A DNA stretch of 64,000 nt, from contig JAFYOJ010000191.1 of the NCBI GenBank assembly GCA_017560225.1, positions 3,455 through 67,454 on the forward strand, given 5' to 3'. Shown here piece by piece: positions 19,601 through 28,008 of this stretch. This DNA is from Clostridia bacterium (GTDB taxonomy: Bacteria > Bacillota > Clostridia > UBA1212 > UBA1255). Every line of letters begins with the position of its first letter. Position 1 is the first letter of the stretch. The notes under the pieces were generated by a model. That model saw nothing but the letters and a program-made list of their open reading frames with translations, searched no databases and was not told the DNA's origin. The position numbers were made by a program, and so were the translations under genes.

Positions 19601-20266
19601 GTCACCGGGAAGGTCAGTCAGCGGTCTTGTACGCAGATATTGGTTGTTGTAACTACTATAATTAGCAGCACTACTATACACACCATTACCGATACCGCGA
19701 ATCAGCGCTTGATTATTTTCATCTCGGGTAAACGTCACACGATAACCTTCTGCTGCAATATTTGCATGAAGACCATATGAAATAGCAAAACTTTGTGCCG
19801 GATTTGCAATACGTCCCTCTGTATAAACATTATCAACTTTGGATCCACCATCACCACGGAATCTCCAAACAACTGCCTGGGTGCCGGTATGATTAAACTC
19901 AATAGCCTGTGTGGGGTCCGATTTAGCCACCAACATAAGGGCTCCGTATCCGGAGTCTGCGTTGTATTTAGCCGAACCATCGCCAAAGATTACGTTAACA
20001 TAGCCCTTGCCATCTTTACCATCTTTGCCAATCAATTCAGTTAATTGTTCGTTGTGCTGAATATAGCCATTGGCAGGGATTGTTGCGCGCACAGTATCCA
20101 CAACCCAAATCTCACTGGATTCACTGACTATCGTAGAGCCACCACCCATATACCACTTACTACTGGCTTTTGCACCTACACTGGTGGGCAACGTAATCGT
20201 CACCATGGAGCACAGCATCAACACAGTCAATAAAATCGCCGTGCTGCGTTTCATAAATTTCTTCAT
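16700..20266 (-). CDS. Large secreted protein (1188 aa) with two tandem repeats of about 240 aa followed by concanavalin/LamG-like jelly-roll regions. Function unknown.
   Basis: The signal peptide MKKFMKRSTAILLTVLMLCSMVTITLPTSVGA has GGGAGG 8 nt upstream. The repeats contain TELIGKDGKDGKG(Y/F)VNVIFGDG. No sortase or cell-wall anchor is seen. Confidence 0.75.
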   Translation of the reverse strand: MKKFMKRSTAILLTVLMLCSMVTITLPTSVGAKASSKWYMGGGSTIVSESSEIWVVDTVRATIPANGYIQHNEQLTELIGKDGKDGKGYVNVIFGDGSAKYNADSGYGALMLVAKSDPTQAIEFNHTGTQAVVWRFRGDGGSKVDNVYTEGRIANPAQSFAISYGLHANIAAEGYRVTFTRDENNQALIRGIGNGVYSSAANYSSYNNQYLRTRPLTDLPGDNDETAADGVYLRIGLGGEKTITVTVAYPMPADYDAERAPMSRWSLSSGGSIVEASSEYLIVDTATVEMPGTTGYFQYSEKLTELIGKDGKDGKGFVNVIFGDGTASYNKDAGYASVMLVGKADPTLAIPVNTVNNQALNWALRGDGGDGIGRLANAPQNSATVYSTSGAFAATGYRFAFTSKSDQAYIRGIGQYVAGTGIAYSSTQTVTTKLTAIAGDNGETAADGVYFRMQTRRSSDPCVATVTIAYPVQAEGLNLVPADVFASKEKASQWFKGSMAGTFSEEEGEYVYHVPKSHLDMYTSRSLPDGSFTVKMNIKSDDSGYMGILLGYGSSPNDCKWMNIRFDPNYTAKTIDFYVWEHCNLDPYPATPKYGTSWYKGDFSADSWHEVIFEVTPTKTTIYFDGYQTPDFQDPYVSGSIKDTSLGHFPTSEELNYIGFFPSGATQSIKNFGVYEGVGLEFNLVPENVFYSYTTAKAWFTNVQETNAYDQTNCYTVDENGDCVMRVPVVNSGNAWIYMNRTIPYKSYTVSVDFSPNEYTSEKIGGAGFLVGEKVSSGYHFHQIRFNFDKTAGTISFRGHAQGNAPGHGYPISGSIEYIDNFTVVKDGIDFSTKQWFNLTAEVTGNSIQVFLDGEQLFVEKIDRLPAAEDIAYFGFMAEGSTAGYDIKNFSIYEGVDGEIKTAAPELNEAITLHYSADVDVDDAESVQMKFTFKSKDIWVDGVLSGDQYTFALPDILPQDMCENITAQLYIDGMRKDKVATYSLQQYCMNIMPTAEEAAADANKQDLRNLLIALLNYGTESQKYFEGITDAALFANSQLTDAEKNSVKQDMTEAESVRDVSERGDANNYWKSASLALFDTVRLRFKFVTDDASKITIKVEGDSQTYTNFELSTGNIYYWDYNLVYANEFDKPVVVGLYVDGVCVQTVTYSINTYVNVFVAANDAQANSYAIVQAVYDYGCMASAYDQD
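18690..20135 (-). repeat. Intragenic tandem duplication, two units of about 720 bp.
   Basis: Near-identical DNA stretches occur at about 19375-19400 and about 20020-20045 (ccatctttaccatctttgccaatcaattc...). The protein repeats share about 60% identity. Confidence 0.6.
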
Positions 20267-20321
20267 CTGCAAAACCTCCCTATTTCGTGTGCAAATAAAA
20301 AATGAACAATTAAACAATAAT

Positions 20322-20350
20322 TTGTTAATTAATTATACGCTTGCAGGGAG
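20322..20350 (-). promoter_or_regulatory. Sigma-A-type promoter for the large secreted protein.
   Basis: The minus strand reads TTTACA, a 17-nt spacer, then TATAAT. A 14-nt inverted repeat (AGGGAGGTTTTGTA / TGCAAAACCTCCCT) overlaps the -35 region and the RBS-start region. Confidence 0.5.
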
Positions 20351-20389
20351 GTTTTGTAAAGTATTTTACCCGATTAAATTATGACATAA

Positions 20390-22513
20390 TTATCTCGTAT
20401 ACCGATCTCCAAAATACGCTTCCAAAATACGTCCTGCGGCCGGCAATGCATTGGAGCCGTACACGCCGTGCTCCAGCACAATCGCCACAGCAATTTCCGG
20501 GTCATCCGCCGGGGCATAGCAAACGAGCAAACCGTGAGAACTTTCACCGAAAGCTTCCAAACCGGTTTCCGGCGTACCCGTCTTCGCCGCCACAAAACCA
20601 TAGGGAAGTTTAGAAAAAGCGGTCTGCGCCGTGCCACTTTCTGCAACCATGGCTTTCATACCATCTTTCACCGCATTCATCACGTAAGCAGAGATACCCA
20701 AATCAGTGCCACTTTCTGCTTTCGCCGTATTATCAAACACAATATTGCCGGAGCCATTCACAATGGACTTAATCAAATAAGGCGTCTTTAAAGTGCCTCC
20801 GTTGGCAATGGCAGCCGTGTAATTACAAAGTTGTATAGGGGTAAAAAGGGTGTACAACTGGCCAATGGCCGTCTGTGCCGTGTCCGAATCACTCCATACG
20901 TGAGTCGTATCTTCTTCTCGCAAATTCATCGTTTCCGGATTACTGCGAGAACCTGCATATTCACTAATTTCAACACCGGTTTTCTCTCCTAAACCAAACT
21001 TCTTAATCCATTCGTCCAGGGTATCAATACCGGTACGGATACCTGCCTCATAGAAATACACGTTACAAGAACGGGCAATCGCCGTCTTCAATGCAATATT
21101 TCCGTGATAGCCCAAGCAAGAATGGGTTTGCGTACCAATTTGAATGGTATGGGTACAGTTAATGGTTTGGGTCGAGGAGATCTTCCCTTCCATCATCGCC
21201 GCAATCGACACCAAGGGTTTAATGGTCGATCCAACCGGATAAAGACCTTGGGTGGCGCGATTCAAGCTGGGAGAGCTGGGATCTGCAAAAAGATCTACAA
21301 TCGCCTGCTGCGCTTCCTTATCGGTAGACGGTGCAATAAAAATAGAATTGTCATAATACGGATAATTGGCCATCGCAATGACTTCTGCCGTATTCACATT
21401 CATCACCACAACCGATCCCGCTTCTGCATCACCAAAATTATTATAACCGTTCTTCCCCGCCGCAATCTGTGCCAAGGTTTCTTCTAAGATGGTGACACAT
21501 TCTTTCTGTAAATTGTAGTCAATCGTCAAATAAACATCATTGCCCCGCACCGGCGGCGTATACGACTCCGTCCGTACGATGCCATTTTCGTCCCGATAAA
21601 CCACGCGGGTACCATTGGTGCCTCGAAGATCCGCTTCTGCCGCCTTCTCGATACCCAATTTACCAATCAAGTCATCGTTGCTATACCCTTGATCCTTCAT
21701 TTCCGCATACTCGGTATCACTGATGGCACGCACATACCCAATCACATGGCTGGCTGCCGCGTCATCTACGTACACACGATAGTAAGCTTCCTCTGTGGTA
21801 ATTCCCGGAAACTCAAAATACCGTGCAGATAAATATTCCATAGTTTCTTTACATACGTCAGTAGCAATCACCGTAGGACGCAAATAACTAAGGCCATAGA
21901 AGTGAGTTTGGTATCGAATAATCATAATCTTATAGGCTTCCGCATCCGTATACTGCTCATCTAACTCAAAAACTTTATTGCGCAAATATTCGTAAGCGTC
22001 CCGCGCCGTTTTAATATTCTCTTTATCCGACTTGCTAAAGCCGCTGACAATGGTATTCAGCCAACTATTGAGCGCTTTCTCTCGGTTCTCTCCATCGAAA
22101 GCCGTGCCCCACTCCAAATCAGGGGTAATATATCGCTTTAAATTATTGGTATAAACATCATTATTCTGCTCAAACAATTCAACCAACGAAAGATACATCG
22201 CGTCTCGCAAAGGCTGGTCCATCTTATAGTTGACCATATTCACCTGGTACGCAACACGGGTGGTGGCCAACAAAACGCCATTTCGGTCGTAGATATCCCC
22301 ACGTCTTGCCTTCACGGTAAGTTCTGCCGTTGAAAGAGCGGTCTGACTCGCTTGAGAATTGAGTGCCTCTCCCTGTCGAATTTGCAAATCATACAAACGA
22401 CCAATCATCACGGCAGAAACAACCACAACCATCAGTCCTGCGTAAAAATGAGGACTGGTAATCATGTGTTTCAGTTCTTTCTTTACAATCGCCCAATATT
22501 TAGCAATCACCAA
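20390..22513 (-). CDS. mrdA: Penicillin-binding protein 2 (elongation-specific transpeptidase).
   Basis: The active-site motifs STIKP (SxxK), SCN (SxN) and KTGT are present, with an N-terminal transmembrane anchor. The gene lies downstream of mreBCD. The start is TTG/GTG after GGGAGGAGGA. Confidence 0.85.
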   Translation of the reverse strand: MVIAKYWAIVKKELKHMITSPHFYAGLMVVVVSAVMIGRLYDLQIRQGEALNSQASQTALSTAELTVKARRGDIYDRNGVLLATTRVAYQVNMVNYKMDQPLRDAMYLSLVELFEQNNDVYTNNLKRYITPDLEWGTAFDGENREKALNSWLNTIVSGFSKSDKENIKTARDAYEYLRNKVFELDEQYTDAEAYKIMIIRYQTHFYGLSYLRPTVIATDVCKETMEYLSARYFEFPGITTEEAYYRVYVDDAAASHVIGYVRAISDTEYAEMKDQGYSNDDLIGKLGIEKAAEADLRGTNGTRVVYRDENGIVRTESYTPPVRGNDVYLTIDYNLQKECVTILEETLAQIAAGKNGYNNFGDAEAGSVVVMNVNTAEVIAMANYPYYDNSIFIAPSTDKEAQQAIVDLFADPSSPSLNRATQGLYPVGSTIKPLVSIAAMMEGKISSTQTINCTHTIQIGTQTHSCLGYHGNIALKTAIARSCNVYFYEAGIRTGIDTLDEWIKKFGLGEKTGVEISEYAGSRSNPETMNLREEDTTHVWSDSDTAQTAIGQLYTLFTPIQLCNYTAAIANGGTLKTPYLIKSIVNGSGNIVFDNTAKAESGTDLGISAYVMNAVKDGMKAMVAESGTAQTAFSKLPYGFVAAKTGTPETGLEAFGESSHGLLVCYAPADDPEIAVAIVLEHGVYGSNALPAAGRILEAYFGDRYTR

Positions 22514-22524
22514 AATCCTCCTCC

Positions 22525-23073
22525 CTACACGTCATAGCGAATCATTGGTTTAGGTTCTAATTTCTTCAAAATCCACAAAACAGGGATTATCATGAAAGCG
22601 AGCACAATCAGATGGTATAAAGTTTGCGGCAAAATCCGAGTCACCAGATGGTTGCCATAGCCGTAAGCATACAAGGTGCCCGTCTTACTGGCGTACAGCG
22701 CAAGGACACGCGCAAAGAAACTTTCCACCATACAATACAAGAACAACAACGGCGGCAATACCACACAGGGCCACCACTTCTTCTCCCGAAGCAGCACAGG
22801 GCCCGCCATCGCTGCGCCCACTGCAAAAAACATATATAAAAGACCGTAGAAACCCAAATACCGGCCATATACAATATCAAAGAAAATCCCGGACAGGATG
22901 CCAAACACCATCGCTTCTTCTTTCTCCATACGAGAAGCAATTAAAAGCACAAACACAGGAAGCAGTTGCGGCATCGTCCCCAACATACGAACACTTTGGG
23001 GAAGCAAAGCTTGAAGCACTGCCAAAATCAGTACCGAAATACAATAATAAACAACATGTTTCCGGTCGTGCAT
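22525..23073 (-). CDS. mreD: Rod shape-determining protein MreD.
   Basis: The 182-aa polytopic membrane protein sits between mreC and mrdA. The RBS is GGAGG. Confidence 0.8.
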   Translation of the reverse strand: MHDRKHVVYYCISVLILAVLQALLPQSVRMLGTMPQLLPVFVLLIASRMEKEEAMVFGILSGIFFDIVYGRYLGFYGLLYMFFAVGAAMAGPVLLREKKWWPCVVLPPLLFLYCMVESFFARVLALYASKTGTLYAYGYGNHLVTRILPQTLYHLIVLAFMIIPVLWILKKLEPKPMIRYDV

Positions 23074-23091
23074 CCTGCCTCCGCCTTTCTC

Positions 23092-23934
23092 TTATTCTTG
23101 TGGCACCGATTCCCCCTGCGGCAACAATACATTCACTGAAATCAACGTACTGAAATGAACACTGGGCTCCACCTCTGCAAAACGGGTACCGTCCACATCG
23201 ACACCCACACGTACCACGGTACCAATGGTCAATCCACGGGGATATACGTCGCCGCTTTCCGCCGTTACCAAGGTATCCCCTTCTTGAATTTCCGCATCCG
23301 GTGCAATTCGATCCACCCGCAGCAATCCTTCATAATTCTCATTGGAAGTGCCGCGCACGCGTACCAATTCATCGTTGTGGGAAATGCGCGCCATCAATAC
23401 GTTCTGTTCATCAATAATACAACGAACTTTTGACGAAACAAGGCCGGCATTGTAAACAATGCCCACCAATCCCCGGGAAGTAATCACCACGTAACCATTC
23501 TGAACGCCCCGGGCCGTACCTACGTCAATGGTAAATTCATTAAACCAACCGGTTACGTCCTGGGTAATCACGTTGGCACGGAGAATCTTATAGTCCCGAA
23601 TGGTTTCTTCCATCTCCAGTAGCGCGCGAAGCTCTTCATTCTCTCGCTCCAACCGAGCATTCTCATCTTCCAAAGAAGAAAGATGTTCATTCTCCTCTCG
23701 AAGAGAGTCTATTTCCGCCTGAATCTTTTTGTAGTCCTGTAAAATGGTGATCCGCTGACCAATGGCATTGCCCACAGAGGAAAACGCTTTCTGCACATAA
23801 TAAACCGGCGTACCGATAACTTTGTAAAAGCCGTGCAGTTGACTATCTGCATTGGCAGATATGGCAACAAACACAGCCATCAGTACAGACAATATAATCA
23901 ATACAAACAGAAATATCTTGGATTTCTTACTCAT
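23092..23934 (-). CDS. mreC: Rod shape-determining protein MreC.
   Basis: An N-terminal transmembrane segment is followed by a coiled-coil (LREENEHLSSLEDENARLERENEELRALL) and the MreC beta-domain. Confidence 0.9.
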   Translation of the reverse strand: MSKKSKIFLFVLIILSVLMAVFVAISANADSQLHGFYKVIGTPVYYVQKAFSSVGNAIGQRITILQDYKKIQAEIDSLREENEHLSSLEDENARLERENEELRALLEMEETIRDYKILRANVITQDVTGWFNEFTIDVGTARGVQNGYVVITSRGLVGIVYNAGLVSSKVRCIIDEQNVLMARISHNDELVRVRGTSNENYEGLLRVDRIAPDAEIQEGDTLVTAESGDVYPRGLTIGTVVRVGVDVDGTRFAEVEPSVHFSTLISVNVLLPQGESVPQE

Positions 23935-23973
23935 CCCAGGCCCTTTCTGTTCCGGTTTCTTTCCCGCTTACAA

Positions 23974-24993
23974 TCAGAACTTACGCATAGTTCTGTTCTG
24001 GGCAAGCATACGGCGAAGTTCCGGATCCTCCAAACACTTACCGGTTCCTCTTGCCACACAATCCAAAGGATCGTCTGCAATGTGTACGGGAATACCGGTT
24101 TCAATCTTAATAATCTTATCTAAACCGCTGAGCAATGCGCCACCGCCTGTCAGCATAATACCCTTCTCCATAACGTCGGCCGCCAGCTCCGGGGGCGTCG
24201 CTTCCAAGGTTTCCTTTACCGCATCAATAATGGCCGCAACAGGTTCTTTCAAAGCTTCCACAATTTCAGAAGATGTCAATTGAATGTTCTTGGGAAGTCC
24301 GGAGAAAATATCCCGGCCCTTTACAGACATTCTTTCTTCCTGCGCCTTGGGATATGCCGCACCAATGGTAATCTTAATTTCCTCTGCTGTGCGCTCGCCA
24401 ATAATCAAGCTGTGTTCTTTCTTGGCGTAGGTAATAATGGCTTCATCCAATACATCGCCGGCTACCCGCAAAGACTTGGAATTAACAATACCACCCATAG
24501 ACAATACAGCCACTTCACTGGTACCGCCGCCAATATCTACGATCATGCAGCCGGTCGCTTCTTCAATGGGAAGACCCGCACCGATTGCCGCTAAAATAGG
24601 CTCCTCAAACAATACCGGACGCTTTCTGGCACCGGCTTTCTCTGCTGCTTCTTCTACGGCCATATACTCAACCTCGGTTACACCGGACGGCACACAAATG
24701 AGCAAATTCGGCTTACCAAACCCTGCAGAAGCCATGGCTTTACGAATAATATGGCGAAGCATCTGCTCCGTTATATCAAAGTCTGCAATAACACCGTCTT
24801 TCAAAGGACGAATGGCCACAATACTACCCGGGGTACGACCAATCATCAATTTAGCCGCATTACCTACCGCCAAAACCTCATTGGTGTTCTTGTTTACCGC
24901 TACAACAGATGGCTCACGGATAATAATTCCCTTCCCATTCATGTGTACCAGTGTATTCGCAGTACCTAAATCAATTCCGATATCTCTTGCCAT
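23974..24993 (-). CDS. mreB: Rod shape-determining protein MreB (actin homologue).
   Basis: The product reads MARDIGIDLGTANTLVHMNGKGIIIREPSVVAV..., with actin-fold phosphate-binding motifs. Confidence 0.95.
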   Translation of the reverse strand: MARDIGIDLGTANTLVHMNGKGIIIREPSVVAVNKNTNEVLAVGNAAKLMIGRTPGSIVAIRPLKDGVIADFDITEQMLRHIIRKAMASAGFGKPNLLICVPSGVTEVEYMAVEEAAEKAGARKRPVLFEEPILAAIGAGLPIEEATGCMIVDIGGGTSEVAVLSMGGIVNSKSLRVAGDVLDEAIITYAKKEHSLIIGERTAEEIKITIGAAYPKAQEERMSVKGRDIFSGLPKNIQLTSSEIVEALKEPVAAIIDAVKETLEATPPELAADVMEKGIMLTGGGALLSGLDKIIKIETGIPVHIADDPLDCVARGTGKCLEDPELRRMLAQNRTMRKF

Positions 24994-25009
24994 ATACGCT
25001 CAACCTTCC

Positions 25010-25708
25010 CTATTCTGACCGCAGCTCCTCCAAATCTCCTTCTAAGAAAAAGCTGTAATACCGGTCTCTTCCGTAAATAATATGATCTGCCAGTACAATA
25101 CCCAAAATATTGCCCGCCGCAGATAACCTTCTTGTAGTATCCCGATCCGCTTGGCTGGGGGTACAATCGCCGCTTGGGTGATTATGCATGACCACAACAC
25201 CCGATGCCCGATTGACTACCGCCGGCGAAAAAACCTCTCTGGGATGTACAATCGCCTTGTCCACCGTGCCTACCGAAACGGTCACATCTTTCAAAATCTG
25301 CCACTTTCGGTCCAGCAAAACCACTTTAAAATGTTCTTGCGGTAAGTGCATCACAGGCGCATACAGGGATGCCAACTGTTCAATACTACTAATTTTGGTC
25401 TTCTTGCCCTGTTCCCCTTTAGAAATTCGTCTGCCCAGTTCAAAAGCAGCCAGCAAGGTGATTGCTTTCACTGCACCCACGCCGGAAATTTCCGTCAACG
25501 CCTTGACACTAAGCTCGCCCAATCCGTATAACCCCTCACTTCTGGTGAGTACATCTTGAGCCACCTCCACAGCATTCCGATTCCGATTGCCGCTTTTGAG
25601 CAAAATCGCAATCAGCTCTGTATCCGACAACGTTTCCGGACCATAAGCTTCCAATCGTTCATACGGACGAAGCCCCTCCGGGAGTGTCTTCATTGTTCTG
25701 CTTTCCAT
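25010..25708 (-). CDS. radC: RadC-like JAMM family protein.
   Basis: The HNHPSG metal-binding JAMM motif is present, with an N-terminal HhH-like region. The RBS is AAGGAG. Confidence 0.85.
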   Translation of the reverse strand: MESRTMKTLPEGLRPYERLEAYGPETLSDTELIAILLKSGNRNRNAVEVAQDVLTRSEGLYGLGELSVKALTEISGVGAVKAITLLAAFELGRRISKGEQGKKTKISSIEQLASLYAPVMHLPQEHFKVVLLDRKWQILKDVTVSVGTVDKAIVHPREVFSPAVVNRASGVVVMHNHPSGDCTPSQADRDTTRRLSAAGNILGIVLADHIIYGRDRYYSFFLEGDLEELRSE

Positions 25709-25826
25709 TCTTCACTCCTTCCCTCGTTTCGGTTGCCGCCTGAAGGTTGTGTGCATCATGAAATACAGATAATAATAGTATACCTTTTTTACCCTAAAAA
25801 CACAATATGCTTTTTAGGTAAGGACC

Positions 25827-26549
25827 TTAGCGCTCCAACATCGTACGTACCAACTCGTACGCAAACATCCAATGAAGTTCCTTGGTAGGATGGTTTACTT
25901 CGTTAGATAACAATTTATTGGTGTTCACACCGCGATTGCGCATCAATTCCCACAAAGCGTGGCAATCGCAAACAGGAATATTCTTCTCTCCCGCAATTCT
26001 GCGTGCACTGTCTAAGAACATACGAAGAAGGCCGTCACGTTCCCCTTGGCTAACGGTGCGAATGACTTGTTCAATCACCGCATTATCGTTGTGATAATCT
26101 TCGTAGTCAGAGCGAGTGTTGGGGGTCATAAAGATTACTTCCGCGCCCGTTTCTTGGATGCGGGTAAAAATTTCTGTTAATGCAGTCTCATAAGCAGAAA
26201 GTCGTTCTGCTCCCTCCGCGGAGTCATTAAGGCCGAAGCAAACAACCACCAAATCAGGCTTGTAGCTGAGCACGTCTCTCTCCAAACGCTCTAAACCAAG
26301 TTCTGCATTTTGACCGGAAATGCCGGCATTGATGATGCTGACAGGTGCCGCTGGATAAAGCAATCCCAGAATCTTCTTTACATTGGCTACATAACCATCT
26401 TCCGAACGGAATGCAGTCAGAAGCTGACCTTGCTCTACGTAAATTTCAAAGCAACCTTGGGTTACGCTATCTCCTAAGAATGCTATGACCGGTTGACGGT
26501 TTCCCCGTAAGTCATTTTGCTTTGCAACGATCTTATCAATAATTCTCAT
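25827..26549 (-). CDS. SGNH/GDSL hydrolase family protein.
   Basis: The GDSVTQG block I motif lies near the N-terminus. The start is ATG 26549 with AAAGGAGAT upstream. Confidence 0.8.
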   Translation of the reverse strand: MRIIDKIVAKQNDLRGNRQPVIAFLGDSVTQGCFEIYVEQGQLLTAFRSEDGYVANVKKILGLLYPAAPVSIINAGISGQNAELGLERLERDVLSYKPDLVVVCFGLNDSAEGAERLSAYETALTEIFTRIQETGAEVIFMTPNTRSDYEDYHNDNAVIEQVIRTVSQGERDGLLRMFLDSARRIAGEKNIPVCDCHALWELMRNRGVNTNKLLSNEVNHPTKELHWMFAYELVRTMLER

Positions 26550-26571
26550 AAAATCTATCTCCTTTATTGGC

Positions 26572-26612
26572 AAAAAGAGCTTCAGAACAGGCTGTTCCGA
26601 AGCTCTTGTTTC
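26572..26612 (-). terminator. Rho-independent terminator downstream of the ABC ATPase gene.
   Basis: A stem of about 14 bp (AGAGCTTCAGAACAG / CTGTTCCGAAGCTCT) is followed on the minus strand by TTTTTG. Confidence 0.5.
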
Positions 26613-26646
26613 ATTTCAGTCCAACCGAAATCGCTATCAACTTAAA

Positions 26647-27759
26647 TTAGTTAATAATGGTGTTCTCGGTTTCCTTGTCGAATACGTGAACCTTGTTGGG
26701 GTTGATTGCAAAGCGCATCGTATCTCCGGAGTACAAGTTAGCGCGAGGCTTAACACGTGCAATGAAGATAGAAGAACCAAGCATCATGTAAAGCAAGGAC
26801 TCTGCACCCAAAAGCTCAACAACGTCGATCTTGGACTCGATTTGAGAATCCGGATACATTTCAAGGTACATAGCCTCGTCATGTACGTGCTCAGAACGAA
26901 CACCCATAACAACTTCCTTGCCAATGTAGCCCATCTCTTCAAGAACTTTACCCTTTGCTTCAGGCATCTTGATGGTCCAACGCTCAATACGAAGCTGAAC
27001 AGCGTCATCTTCCTTCTCAACACGGCAGTTTACAAAGTTCATTTGAGGGCTGCCCATGAAACCTGCAACGAACATATTTACGGGTTTCTCGTACAAACGT
27101 TGCGGGCTGTCTACCTGCTGAATGTAGCCGTCTTTCATAACTACGATTCTGGAACCCATGGTCATAGCCTCGGTCTGGTCGTGGGTTACGTAAATAACGG
27201 TTGTCTGGAGTTTCTGGTGAAGCTTAATAATCTCTGTACGCATCTGTGCACGGAGCTTAGCGTCCAAGTTAGACAAAGGTTCGTCCATCAAGAATACTTT
27301 AGGCTCACGAACGATCGCACGACCAAGCGCTACTCTCTGACGCTGACCACCGGACAAAGCCTTAATGGAACGGTCAAGCAAATGCTCAATTTCCAAAATA
27401 CGAGCCGCTTCTGCTACTCTCTTCTTAATCTCACCCTTAGGGGTCTTTCTCAGCTTCAAACCGAATGCCATGTTCTCAAACACGGTCATGTGAGGATACA
27501 AAGCGTAGTTCTGGAATACCATGGCGATATCACGATCCTTGGGAGCGATATCGTTTACCAGCTTGCCGTCGATGAGCAATTCACCGGAAGTGATTTCCTC
27601 AAGACCTGCAACCATACGGAGTGTGGTGGACTTTCCGCAACCGGAAGGACCTACCAATACAACGAACTCCTTATCTTCAATATCCAAATTGAAGTCGTTT
27701 ACGGCTGTAACGCCGCCGGGGTATTTCTTGTAAATGTTCTTCAGTTTAACACTTGCCAT
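26647..27759 (-). CDS. msmX: Sugar ABC transporter ATP-binding protein of the MsmX/MalK/UgpC type (multitask ATPase).
   Basis: The Walker A motif GPSGCGKST, the LSGGQRQR signature and a C-terminal TOBE/MalK regulatory domain are present. No cognate permease genes are adjacent, so it is an orphan ATPase. Confidence 0.9.
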   Translation of the reverse strand: MASVKLKNIYKKYPGGVTAVNDFNLDIEDKEFVVLVGPSGCGKSTTLRMVAGLEEITSGELLIDGKLVNDIAPKDRDIAMVFQNYALYPHMTVFENMAFGLKLRKTPKGEIKKRVAEAARILEIEHLLDRSIKALSGGQRQRVALGRAIVREPKVFLMDEPLSNLDAKLRAQMRTEIIKLHQKLQTTVIYVTHDQTEAMTMGSRIVVMKDGYIQQVDSPQRLYEKPVNMFVAGFMGSPQMNFVNCRVEKEDDAVQLRIERWTIKMPEAKGKVLEEMGYIGKEVVMGVRSEHVHDEAMYLEMYPDSQIESKIDVVELLGAESLLYMMLGSSIFIARVKPRANLYSGDTMRFAINPNKVHVFDKETENTIIN

Positions 27760-27954
27760 GTAGTATATATACCTCCTGCAATTTAATATGTATCGGCAGA
27801 TTGATTACTCTGCACATTCACTATGGCTATTATGATACCACAAAAGTCGTCCAAATAAAAGTAAAAAAACAATGACATCAAACCGCTCTTTTTTATGCAC
27901 CTTGCCCAAAACTTCGAAAAATGTCACATTTTCATAACAAATCTTTTTACAATA

Positions 27955-27963
27955 TGTTATATT
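27955..27963 (+). promoter_or_regulatory. Possible extended -10 element (TGtTATATT) for the plus-strand gene at 28009.
   Basis: It lies in an AT-rich 250-nt intergenic region. No good -35 element is found. Confidence 0.3.
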
Positions 27964-28008
27964 ATAGAAGTGTTTTATGGATACTAACACAGAAAGGAAC
28001 ATGTCCTT

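Noticed and set aside
20271-20350. 14-nt inverted repeat spanning the promoter and RBS of the large secreted-protein gene, considered as a riboswitch-like RNA.
   Set aside because: The distal copy lies in the promoter spacer, upstream of the transcription start. The two copies therefore cannot pair in the mRNA made from this promoter. It is retained only as a possible DNA operator within the corresponding finding.
26686-27786. 366-aa plus-strand ORF.
   Set aside because: It is a mirror frame of the msmX-like ATPase gene. The ATPase has unmistakable Walker/signature motifs on the minus strand.
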